64,000 bases of DNA from Balanoglossus misakiensis (Eukaryota; Animalia; Hemichordata): positions 1,240,001 through 1,304,000 of the forward strand of contig CM082598.2 in the NCBI GenBank assembly GCA_040954595.2, given 5' to 3'. Below the pieces are notes generated by a model. It was given only the letters and a program-made list of their open reading frames with translations, was not told the DNA's origin and did no database searches. A program made the translations under genes and the position numbers. Each line of letters opens with the position of its first letter. The stretch's first letter is position 1. Of this stretch, positions 13,617 to 26,882 are shown piece by piece.

Positions 13617-16600
13617 ATACCCAGACGCCTCCGTTTCCATCAAAGGCGGGACTTGTTTCTATAAATTTGCAGTTTACATTTGCATTTTGGGAGGTTAACC
13701 AGTCCAGGATTGGTTTTGTTTTCCTATTTGGAACAGCGGCCCTGTAACATGAATATGCTTACACGCACTGACGTGTGCGCTAAACGTATAGTTCTTAACA
13801 GTGTACAGGAAATTGTAGTTTTCTCCAGAGAGTCCTTTCATGTGGTTATACCGCTACGGTGTTTGATCGACGACAGTTGTGAAGTAGTAGAATGACACTT
13901 CAGAGTCGTTTAGTATGATAGCGATCAACACGCATGCGTGGCAGTAAAACTATGTGAATCGAACAAGTGGTTTCAACCAAGAACGTATCAGGGCACCTCT
14001 ATCCCTTGAATTATATCAAACTGTTTAACTGTGAGATTCTGGAATTCACTGTAGTGGCGAAATTAGTAAACTATTATAAAAAACCCGGGTCTCTGGTGGA
14101 TATTATATCATGCAGATTAAAATGACAGCTGCAAAAAGGCAGAGTGTAATCCCGAATTTGCCATCAGCGGGTATGTATCTCGTGATATCTGGGGTGTCGT
14201 AAATATGCATATATCGGTATTAACACATAAAGAAGATTTCCCAATATTCCCCCACTATTACCACTAATATCAGAAAATCACCATTACGCTTAATTGAGTT
14301 TGCTTTCTCATGATCCGATTAAACCATCTCCATTCGCCGCAACAAAAAATATTTCTATACGTTAAATATAGAAATAATACGCCTATAGGCGTTGACTTTA
14401 ATCTTCACCATGGTAACCAGCGTCGACCTTTACAAGGCCAAACGTTCACTGACCCCTGTACTTGTTCTGCATATATTGATTGACATTTACATGTTTATGG
14501 CGGTAATATGTTATTTGGCAATGCTCTCTTAACCAGCCAGCCTAGAAACATTTTATCAATGCAATATCATAAAGACAGGTTGAAATATATAAAAATTACA
14601 ATCTGTCAGTTTCAGGATTAATATTTGTCTCGTCTCTTACGAGTCAAAGATCCATAATGCTCTGGACTTTAATATTGTGATGACCTGTTGATGAGAGCAT
14701 AGGCCTAAGCCATAAAATGCCTTTAGTTCGCTTACTTTCAAACTATTTTTTGTTAAGTTAGGACAACGTGCACATTTTGTGATCAAACACTTGGTAACGT
14801 GCTAACTGTTCATATACCGGTAATCGCTAATTACTGAATTAAACCTTTTGGTTTAATTGTTGATTTCAAATTCTGGCAAGATAGAGTGTATGTGTATTAT
14901 GTGGCAGTTTGCTGAAAGTTAGTGTTGCTGTGGTAACCGTTAACTTCACTCCAAACACGAGCGATCATTCAATCTCTTTCCCCTTGATGTTATGATAAAC
15001 GCAAGAACGTGACGATTCTAACATCTTACCTTTAAACAACCCCTTGGCCAACCTTGCAGCTCAGTATTTTGCTGTCTTGATGACGATGAATTAAGATTTA
15101 AGAAGACAATGTCACACGTTTCTCAGTCCACTGGGAAACAAGTACTTCTTGGTAAGGCCTGTCTGATTATCGTGTAAATGCAGTATATGGCAGTTTGCTT
15201 CTCGCATTGCAAGTTCATATACTATTGCAATCTTTACAGTTTGACGTTGGTTATAACACCATTGATATAAGGTTTCTGTTTCAGAATTGTGTGCATTCGT
15301 TGTTTTGCAAATTTATCGTTGCTTTGATTCGATAAAAGCCAACCATTTATGGGAACTGGTGTATAACACATCTTGTTTGAAATCACTTTGTAGGCAAGAA
15401 CATGTTCATTTACAACGCGTGTCTATTTTTTTCATGAGAACCTGGATGTATTGAACCTGGAATGAAGGTAACGTGAACTTGCATTAACAGCCCGGTGGCA
15501 GTGGCACTCCATGGGGGGGGGGGGGATAACACGATTGCTCCCAGAAGTACAGGGAAGGGGTTGTTTACTGTACAGACTATGAGGAAACATGATTTCTTTC
15601 CTGAAATAGCACTCGCCTACAGAATATTAATTCATTACATTCTTGACGTTTTGGCTTCGTTAGCAATCAAGTATAGAGTGCGCGCGAGGGAACAGCGACG
15701 TCATTAAAGACGTTAGTCTTTTTTTGGTCACGTGACGGCAGTCCCCAAAAACGTGTGGGAGTTTCATCTGGCATTACATGTTGTATGCCCTGATAACGAG
15801 ATGAACGCCAACAGACAATCTGTTCATCACAACGCTTGCTTGAAACATCTGGTATTGATTTATTGTAAGAACTACGCATACAATGTTATATGAAATATTT
15901 GCTCAATTGTACAAAGCCTCAGCCTGTACACAAAGAATTACGAAAGACATGATGTGCTACAGCAGTGGGTGTACCACATAATGGTTGATTAGGGTCTAAT
16001 GGATGCTTGAATTGTTTGACATTGTAACATTTACTCGAACTCACAATTGAATGGTCCTCTAATTTACTTGGAAGCTTACTTGACATTTTCGTTTCGATTT
16101 TCTCTCACGGCGATGGAAGTTCAACAGGCGGTACCAAGTGACATGAGACTACACTTGAACCAGTCCAAATCAACCGTGAATATAATGGATGGCAAACTCT
16201 TATTTAGTTATTTATTGTTATTTTTTATACTTATTTATCTTTCTTCGATTAAGAGTCCAATTGATTGCCACAATAACACCTGTTGACTCGTGAATTTAAG
16301 TCCGGACTTGAATTCAATTTTCAACAATAACTGTGCTGATCACCGGAAAGGATGCGTTGAAAAACAACAAAACTTTTCTGTATGTTTTACTGAGTTGAGA
16401 TAAAAACCATGGTTCACATCAAAACTGGATCAGTGTTATAAACAGTGCGCGCAGTTATTTCCCCCGTGGTCTACTTTGATTAGTGGGAATATTTCAAAGT
16501 CTATCTACGCCACTCTTCGGAAATGAAAACTCCACTCTTTGGTTTTCATGGCGATGAACAGACTAACCTATTGTGACTCTGTAGTCACGTGACCGATTAG

Positions 16601-17753
16601 CTAAATGCTTTTTCCAGATAGTCACCTGGGGTCATTGTAGCAGACAAATGAAACATTTTCAGTCTTATGTTTTTTCTACAGCTATGATGGAGGGTAGTAA
16701 TATTGAGGTTTAGAACGAAGTTTTAAAGCCAGCGTCTCTGTCGAAACTTTTTTTCTCTCAAAAGCCCTGAAATTTGAGAAACATTTAACGACACGCTTTC
16801 ACACGTTGTCCTTTAGCAGAATGACAGTATTGGCATGTAGATGATGTACAGAGAATTAAAATGCGATGAAATTGGCTGCTAGTTGAGAAATCTTAAAAGT
16901 TTGTAAAGGCAAAAAATCCAAAGTAAATGATCATGAGTTTTCCGTGAAGGCTATTTGCTGACACTCTTATCTGCGTATTCGTTTTCAAACAACGCAATGC
17001 GATCTTCTGTAGATAATCTACAACAAGGACTTCGAAAGCTCAATTCGCACCTGTAGGCCCATCGAGGATTCTCTCTCGAGGACAACGGATGTGCTTGTTG
17101 ATAGTTTTCGAAGATTTGAACTGTCTACGTGTAAGCATAACCTATCAGTTTAACACCTTAGTCAAGTGGCAGACGCACACATGTTTTGACGCACGCATCT
17201 TTGACGGCATAAGTGAAATGAGTCATGACGTTAGCCCTGGTACACTTAATCTCATAAATACCTAAATTTCCAAAACACAAATCTCTGTCGTGACGCGTAG
17301 CTTAGAACGAAGACATTTGTCATCACGTGACTTTCACTATGACAATTAAGGAATGTATGCATACTCACTGAAAATGAAAATTTAAATCTATAAAATAATA
17401 TTTTAGATAAATTTACATTATCAAACACAGCCGCCCTTTCAAGTGAACTTTGTCGATTCCAGTGGCCATGGCGATGTTCTTGGTTTTACACGATAACATT
17501 ATCTGCAGGAAATCCGTAAAGTGAGATTAGAAAGAGTGGATTACACAATCCTTAATGAGATGAATTGCTTCCGGATTAATCCTTGTGGCCATAACTCTCC
17601 GTTTCTGAAAAACAAGCTTTTGGAGTTGACCGTGATGACCAGGTGTTTCATGCAATCAAATTCAGGTGTCATTTGTAAAACATTTACTGTACACGCGAAC
17701 GGTATCCATTTAGATGGATGGACGGGCGGTTGGTTGGTTGGTTGGATGGATGG

Positions 17754-20700
17754 ATTTTTGATGAAAAATCATGGGGTATGGCCCATGAAAATCATCAAAA
17801 TATGCCAATTTTTCGACTTTGAAAATTTTCAACAATTCTTCATTTTTGATGAAAAATCATGGCTTATGGCCATGAAAATCATCAAAATATGCCAATTTTT
17901 CAACTTTGAAAATTTTGAAAAATTCTTCATTTTTGATGAAATATGCCAATTTTTCGACTTTGACAATTTTCAACAATTCTTCATCTTTGATGAAAAATCA
18001 TGGGTTATGGACCATGAAAATCATCAAAATATGCCAATTTTACGACTTTGAAAATTTTCAAAAATTCTTCATTTTTGATGAAATATGCCAATTTTTCGAT
18101 TTTGAAATTTTCAACAATTCTTCATTTTTGATGAAAAATCATGGGTTATGGACCATGAAAATCATCAAAATATGCCAATTTTTCAACTTTGAAAATTTTC
18201 AAAAATTCTTCATTTTTGATGAAATATGCCAATTTTTCGATTTTGAAATTTTCAACAATTCTTCATTTTTGATGAAAAATCATGGGTTATGGACCATGAA
18301 AATCATCAAAATATGCCAATTTTTCAACTTTGAACATTTTCAAAAATTCTTCATTTTTGATGAAATATGCGAATTTTTCGACTTTGAAAATTTTCAACAA
18401 TTCTTCATTTTTGATGAAAAATCATGGGTTATGGACCATGAAAATCATCAAAATATGCCAATTTTTCCAGTTTGAAAATTTTCAAAAATTCTTCATTTTT
18501 GATGAAATATGCCAATTTTTCGATTTTGATATTTTCAACAAATCTTCATTTTTGATGAAAAATCATGGGTTATGGACCATGAAAATCATCAAAATATGCC
18601 AATTTTTCAACTTTGAAAATTTTCAAAAATTCTTCATTTTTGATGAAATATGCCAATTTTTCGACTTTGAAAATTTTCAACAATTCTTCATTTTTGATGA
18701 AAAATCATGGGTTATGGACCATGAAAATCATCAAAATATGCCAATTTTTCCAGTTTGAAAATTTTCAAAAATTCTTCATTTTTGATGAAATATGCCAATT
18801 TTTCGATTTTGATATTTTCAACAATTCTTCATTTTTGTTGAAAAATCATGGGTTATGGACCATGAAAATCATCAAAATATGCCAATTTTTTAACTTTGAA
18901 AATTTTCAAAAATTCTTCATTTTTGATGAAATATGCCAATTTTTCGATTTTGAAATTTTCAACAATTCTTCATTTTTGATGAAAAATCATGGGTTATGGA
19001 CCATGAAAATAATCAAAATATGCCAATTTTTCAACTTTGAAAATTCTTCATTTTTGATGAAATATGCCAATTTTTCGATTTTGAAATTTTCAACAATTCT
19101 TCATTTTTGATGAAAAATCATGGGTTATGGACCATGAAAATCATCAAAATATGCCAATTTTTCCAGTTTGAAAATTTTCAAAAATTCTTCATTTTTGATG
19201 AAATATGCCAATTTTTCGATTTTGAAATTTTCAACAATTCTTCATTTTTGATGAAAAATCATGGGTTATGGACCATGAAAATCATCAAAATATGCCAATT
19301 TTTCCAGTTTGAAAATTTTCAAAAATTCTTTATTTTTGATGAAATATGCCAATTTTTCGATTTTGAAATTTTCAACAATTCTTCATTTTTGATGAAAAAT
19401 CATGGGTTATGGACCATGAAAATCATCAAAATATGCCAATTTTTTGAACTTTGAAAATTTTCAAAAATTCTTCATTTTTGATGAAATATGCCAATTTTTC
19501 GACTTTGAAAATTTTCAACAATTCTTCATTTTTGATGAAAAATCATGGGTTATGGACCATGAAAATCATCAAAATATGCCAATTTTTCCAGTTTGAAAAT
19601 TTTGAAAAATTCTTCATTTTTGATGAAATATGCCAATTTTTCGATTTTGATATTTTCAACAATTCTTCATTTTTGTTGAAAAATCATGGGTTATGGACCA
19701 TGAAAATCATCAAAATATGCCAATTTTTTAACTTTGAAAATTTTCAAAAATTCTTCATCTTTGATGAAATATGCCAATTTTTCGACTTTGAAAATTTTCA
19801 ACAATTCTTCATTTTTGATGAAAAATCATGGGTTATGGACCATGAAAATAATCAAAATATGCCAATTTTTCAACTTTGAAAATTTTCAAAAATTCTTCAT
19901 TTTTGATGAAATATGCCAATTTTTCGACTTTGAAAATTTTCAACAATTCTTCATTTTTGATGAAAAATCATGGGTTATGGACCATGAAAATCATCAAAAT
20001 ATGCCAATTTTTCAACTTTGAAAATTTTCAAAAATTCTTCATTTTTGATGAAATATGCCAATTTTTCGATTTTGATATTTTCAACAATTCTTCATTTTTG
20101 ATGAAAAATCATGGGTTATGGACCATGAAAATCATCAAAATATGCCAATTTTTCAACTTTGAAAATTTTCAAAAATTCTTCATTTTTGATGAAATATGCC
20201 AATTTTTCGATTTTGAAATTTTCAACAATTCTTCATTTTTGATGAAAAATCATGGGTTATGGACCATGAAAATCATCAAAATATGCCAATTTTTCAACTT
20301 TGAACATTTTCAAAAATTCTTCATTTTTGATGAAATATGCGAATTTTTCGACTTTGAAAATTTTCAACAATTCTTCATTTTTGATGAAAAATCATGGGTT
20401 ATGGACCATGAAAATCATCAAAATATGCCAATTTTTCCAGTTTGAAAATTTTCAAAAATTCTTCATTTTTGATGAAATATGCCAATTTTTCGATTTTGAT
20501 ATTTTCAACAAATCTTCATTTTTGATGAAAAATCATGGGTTATGGACCATGAAAATCATCAAAATATGCCAATTTTTTAACTTTGAAAATTTTCAAAAAT
20601 TCTTCATTTTTGATGAAATATGCCAATTTTTCGACTTTGAAAATTTTCAACAAATCTTCATTTTTGATGAAAAATCATGGGTTATGGACCATGAAAATCA

Positions 20701-23700
20701 TCAAAATATGCCAATTTTTCAACTTTGAAAATTTTCAAAAATTCTTCATTTTTGATGAAATATGCCAATTTTTCGACTTTGAAAATTTTCAACAATTCTT
20801 CATTTTTGATGAAAAATCATGGGTTATGGACCATGAAAATCATCAAAATATGCCAATTTTTCCAGTTTGAAAATTTTCAAAAATTCTTCATTTTTGATGA
20901 AATATGCCAATTTTTCGATTTTGATATTTTCAACAATTCTTCATTTTTGTTGAAAAATCATGGGTTATGGACCATGAAAATCATCAAAATATGCCAATTT
21001 TTTAACTTTGAAAATTTTCAAAAATTCTTCATTTTTGATGAAATATGCCAATTTTTCGATTTTGAAATTTTCAACAATTCTTCATTTTTGATGAAAAATC
21101 ATGGGTTATGGACCATGAAAATAATCAAAATATGCCAATTTTTCAACTTTGAAAATTCTTCATTTTTGATGAAATATGCCAATTTTTCGATTTTGAAATT
21201 TTCAACAATTCTTCATTTTTGATGAAAAATCATGGGTTATGGACCATGAAAATCATCAAAATATGCCAATTTTTCCAGTTTGAAAATTTTCAAAAATTCT
21301 TCATTTTTGATGAAATATGCCAATTTTTCGATTTTGAAATTTTCAACAATTCTTCATTTTTGATGAAAAATCATGGGTTATGGACCATGAAAATCATCAA
21401 AATATGCCAATTTTTCCAGTTTGAAAATTTTCAAAAATTCTTTATTTTTGATGAAATATGCCAATTTTTCGATTTTGAAATTTTCAACAATTCTTCATTT
21501 TTGATGAAAAATCATGGGTTATGGACCATGAAAATCATCAAAATATGCCAATTTTTTGAACTTTGAAAATTTTCAAAAATTCTTCATTTTTGATGAAATA
21601 TGCCAATTTTTCGACTTTGAAAATTTTCAACAATTCTTCATTTTTGATGAAAAATCATGGGTTATGGACCATGAAAATCATCAAAATATGCCAATTTTTC
21701 CAGTTTGAAAATTTTGAAAAATTCTTCATTTTTGATGAAATATGCCAATTTTTCGATTTTGATATTTTCAACAATTCTTCATTTTTGTTGAAAAATCATG
21801 GGTTATGGACCATGAAAATCATCAAAATATGCCAATTTTTTAACTTTGAAAATTTTCAAAAATTCTTCATCTTTGATGAAATATGCCAATTTTTCGACTT
21901 TGAAAATTTTCAACAATTCTTCATTTTTGATGAAAAATCATGGGTTATGGACCATGAAAATAATCAAAATATGCCAATTTTTCAACTTTGAAAATTTTCA
22001 AAAATTCTTCATTTTTGATGAAATATGCCAATTTTTCGACTTTGAAAATTTTCAACAATTCTTCATTTTTGATGAAAAATCATGGGTTATGGACCATGAA
22101 AATCATCAAAATATGCCAATTTTTCAACTTTGAAAATTTTCAAAAATTCTTCATTTTTGATGAAATATGCCAATTTTTCGATTTTGATATTTTCAACAAT
22201 TCTTCATTTTTGATGAAAAATCATGGGTTATGGACCATGAAAATCATCAAAATATGCCAATTTTTCAACTTTGAAAATTTTCAAAAATTCTTCATTTTTG
22301 ATGAAATATGCCAATTTTTCGATTTTGAAATTTTCAACAATTCTTCATTTTTGATGAAAAATCATGGGTTATGGACCATGAAAATCATCAAAATATGCCA
22401 ATTTTTCCAGTTTGAAAATTTTGAAAAATTCTTCATTTTTGATGAAATATGCCAATTTTTCGACTTTGAAAATTTTCAACAATTCTTCATTTTTGATGAA
22501 AAATCATGGGTTATGGACCATGAAAATCATCAAAATATGCCAATTTTTCCAGTTTGAAAATTTTCAAAAATTCTTCATTTTTGATGAAATATGCCAATTT
22601 TTCGATTTTGATATTTTCAACAATTCTTCATTTTTGATGAAAAATCATGGGTTATGGACCATGAAAATCATCAAAATATGCCAATTTTTCAACTTTGAAC
22701 ATTTTCAAAAATTCTTCATTTTTGATGAAATATGCGAATTTTTCGACTTTGAAAATTTTCAACAATTCTTCATTTTTGATGAAAAATCATGGGTTATGGA
22801 CCATGAAAATCATCAAAATATGCCAATTTTTCCAGTTTGAAAATTTTCAAAAATTCTTCATTTTTGATGAAATATGCCAATTTTTCGATTTTGATATTTT
22901 CAACAAATCTTCATTTTTGATGAAAAATCATGGGTTATGGACCATGAAAATCATCAAAATATGCCAATTTTTTAACTTTGAAAATTTTCAAAAATTCTTC
23001 ATTTTTGATGAAATATGCCAATTTTTCGACTTTGAAAATTTTCAACAAATCTTCATTTTTGATGAAAAATCATGGGTTATGGACCATGAAAATCATCAAA
23101 ATATGCCAATTTTTCAACTTTGAAAATTTTCAAAAATTCTTCATTTTTGATGAAATATGCCAATTTTTCGACTTTGAAAATTTTCAACAATTCTTCATTT
23201 TTGATGAAAAATCATGGGTTATGGACCATGAAAATCATCAAAATATGCCAATTTTTCCAGTTTGAAAATTTTCAAAAATTCTTCATTTTTGATGAAATAT
23301 GCCAATTTTTCGATTTTGATATTTTCAACAATTCTTCATTTTTGTTGAAAAATCATGGGTTATGGACCATGAAAATCATCAAAATATGCCAATTTTTTAA
23401 CTTTGAAAATTTTCAAAAATTCTTCATTTTTGATGAAATATGCCAATTTTTCGATTTTGAAATTTTCAACAATTCTTCATTTTTGATGAAAAATCATGGG
23501 TTATGGACCATGAAAATAATCAAAATATGCCAATTTTTCAACTTTGAAAATTCTTCATTTTTGATGAAATATGCCAATTTTTCGATTTTGAAATTTTCAA
23601 CAATTCTTCATTTTTGATGAAAAATCATGGGTTATGGACCATGAAAATCATCAAAATATGCCAATTTTTCCAGTTTGAAAATTTTCAAAAATTCTTCATT

Positions 23701-26251
23701 TTTGATGAAATATGCCAATTTTTCGATTTTGAAATTTTCAACAATTCTTCATTTTTGATGAAAAATCATGGGTTATGGACCATGAAAATCATCAAAATAT
23801 GCCAATTTTTCCAGTTTGAAAATTTTCAAAAATTCTTTATTTTTGATGAAATATGCCAATTTTTCGATTTTGAAATTTTCAACAATTCTTCATTTTTGAT
23901 GAAAAATCATGGGTTATGGACCATGAAAATCATCAAAATATGCCAATTTTTCAACTTTGAAAATTTTCAAAAATTCTTCATTTTTGATGAAATATGCCAA
24001 TTTTTCGACTTTGAAAATTTTCAACAATTCTTCATTTTTGATGAAAAATCATGGGTTATGGACCATGAAAATCATCAAAATATGCCAATTTTTCCAGTTT
24101 GAAAATTTTCAAAAATTCTTCATTTTTGATGAAATATGCCAATTTTTCGATTTTGATATTTTCAACAATTCTTCATTTTTGATGAAAAATCATGGGTTAT
24201 GGACCATGAAAATCATCAAAATATGCCAATTTTTCAATTTTGAAAATTTTCAAAAATTCTTCATTTTTGATGAAATATGCCAATTTTTCGATTTTAAAAT
24301 TTTCAACAATTCTTCATTTTTGATGAAAAATCATGGGTTATGGACCATGAAAATCATCAAAATATGCCAATTTTTCAACTTTGAAAATTTTGAAAAATTC
24401 TTCATTTTTGATGAAATATGCCAATTTTTCGACTTTGAAAATTTTCAACAATTCTTCATTTTTGATGAAAAATCATGGGTTATGGACCATGAAAATCATC
24501 AAAATATGCCAATTTTTCCAGTTTGAAAATTTTCAAAAATTCTTCATTTTTGATGAAATATGCCAATTTTTCGATTTTGATATTTTCAACAATTCTTCAT
24601 TTTTGATGAAAAATCATGGGTTATGGACCATGAAAATCATCAAAATATGCCAATTTTTCAACTTTGAAAATTTTCAAAAATTCTTCATTTTTGATGAAAT
24701 ATGCCAATTTTTCGATTTTGAAATTTTCAACAATTCTTCATTTTTGATGAAAAATCATGAGTTATGGACCATGAAAATCATCAAAATATGCCAATTTTTC
24801 CAGTTTGAAAATTTTCAAAAATTCTTCATTTTTGATGAAATATGCCTATTTTTCGATTTTGAAATTTTCAACAATTCTTCATTTTTGATGAAAAATCATG
24901 GGTTATGGACCATGAAAATCTTCAAAATATGCCAATTTTTCCAGTTTGAAAATTTTCAAAAATTCTTCATTTTTGATGAAATATGCCAATTTTTCGATTT
25001 TGAAATTTTCAACAATTCTTCATTTTTGATGAAAAATCATGAGTTATGGACCATGAAAATCATCAAAATATGCCAATTTTTCCAGTTTGAAAATTTTCAA
25101 AAATTCTTCATTTTTGATGAAATATGCCTATTTTTCGATTTTGAAATTTTCAACAATTCTTCATTTTTGATGAAAAATCATGGGTTATGGACCATGAAAA
25201 TCATCAAAATATGCCAATTTTTCAATTTTGAAAATTTTCAAAAATTCTTCATTTTTGATGAAATATGCCAATTTTTCGATTTTAAAATTTTCAACAATTC
25301 TTCATTTTTGATGAAAAATCATGGGTTATGGACCATGAAAATCATCAAAATATGCCAATTTTTCAACTTTGAAAATTTTGAAAAATTCTTCATTTTTGAT
25401 GAAATATGCCAATTTTTCGACTTTGAAAATTTTCAACAATTCTTCATTTTTGATGAAAAATCATGGGTTATGGACCATGAAAATCATCAAAATATGCCAA
25501 TTTTTCCAGTTTGAAAATTTTCAAAAATTCTTCATTTTTGATGAAATATGCCAATTTTTCGATTTTGATATTTTCAACAATTCTTCATTTTTGATGAAAA
25601 ATCATGGGTTATGGACCATGAAAATCATCAAAATATGCCAATTTTTCAATTTTGAAAATTTTCAAAAATTCTTCATTTTTGATGAAATATGCCAATTTTT
25701 CGATTTTAAAATTTTCAACAATTCTTCATTTTTGATGAAAAATCATGGGTTATGGACCATGAAAATCATCAAAATATGCCAATTTTTCAACTTTGAAAAT
25801 TTTGAAAAATTCTTCATTTTTGATGAAATATGCCAATTTTTCGACTTTGAAAATTTTCAACAATTCTTCATTTTTGATGAAAAATCATGGGTTATGGACC
25901 ATGAAAATCATCAAAATATGCCAATTTTTCCAGTTTGAAAATTTTCAAAAATTCTTCATTTTTGATGAAATATGCCAATTTTTCGATTTTGATATTTTCA
26001 ACAATTCTTCATTTTTGATGAAAAATCATGGGTTATGGACCATGAAAATCATCAAAATATGCCAATTTTTCCAGTTTGAAAATTTTCAAAAATTCTTCAT
26101 TTTTTGATGAAATATGCCAATTTTTCGACTTTGAAAATTTTCAACAATTCTTCATTTTTGATGAAAAATCATGGGTTATGGACCATGAAAATCATCAAAA
26201 TATGCCAATTTTTCAACTTTGAAAATTTTCTAAAATTCTTCATTTTTGATG
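17754..26251. repeat. Tandem satellite array, ~60 copies of a 141/142-bp AT-rich monomer with higher-order structure
   Basis: Monomer TTTTGATGAAAAATCATGGGTTATGGACCATGAAAATCATCAA followed by two ~50-bp subrepeats (AATATGCCAATTTTTC.A.TTTGAAAATTTTCAA.AATTCTTCATTTTTGATGA). Identical variant ORFs recur at 2112 and 2395 bp spacing. Confidence 0.97.
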
Positions 26252-26674
26252 GATGGATGGATGGATGACTGCACATACTCTGCTATGAACGCTGAGAGAT
26301 TCATATCCATCCAATTTCCTAAATGGCATAGATGCTTCTAACCTCTCAGATAGGGATTCAATTCAGGAAATCAAACTTCTCCACTGCTGCCCGAATAAAA
26401 TGTCACGCTTTTTGAAATTAACGCGACTGCACTTTAAAAAAAGTTTGATTAAGTTCTGTGGTTTGGGGCTTTAATAAGATAAAGTGAAGACAACAAGTGT
26501 GTCAGGTCGGCCTAAGCTATTCCTTGATTCTGAATAGGTTATTTCGGATTGGCTTTCATGCAGCGACATATTGCAAGAGCACACGACAAAGAATATTGCA
26601 TTTAATTTTTCTTTAATTCTGTTTTAATTGTTCTTGCTTACAATCAACGGTCAACGCACGTTAGTGGAACTAGA

Positions 26675-26846
26675 CTGGTCGGTCAGTTGGGTGGTTGATT
26701 GGTTGTTTGGTCAGATGTTCGGTCAGTTGGGTGGTTGATTGGTCACAAACTTGTCTGTCGATCGGTTTGTTGGTTAGGTGGTTGGGTTGGTTGGTTGGTT
26801 TCTTGGTTGGGCATTGGGTCGATCCGTTGGTTGATTGATTGGATGG
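26675..26846. repeat. Degenerate (GGTT/GGTC)n low-complexity tract
   Basis: Seen directly, just 3' of the orphan secreted gene's stop codon. Confidence 0.8.
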
Positions 26847-26882
26847 TCTGTGTAGTACAGCGTTCGGTTGCAAGGCGTCCAA

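Noticed and set aside
17521-26107. Dozens of F/K/N/I-rich ORFs up to 377 aa
   Set aside because: They are by-products of a 141-bp (multiple of 3) satellite. The frame shifts at every 142-bp unit and there are no splice or protein-family signals.
17754-26251. CRISPR-like repeat/spacer appearance with palindromic repeats
   Set aside because: The intervening segments are constant rather than unique spacers, there are no cas genes, and the context is eukaryotic.
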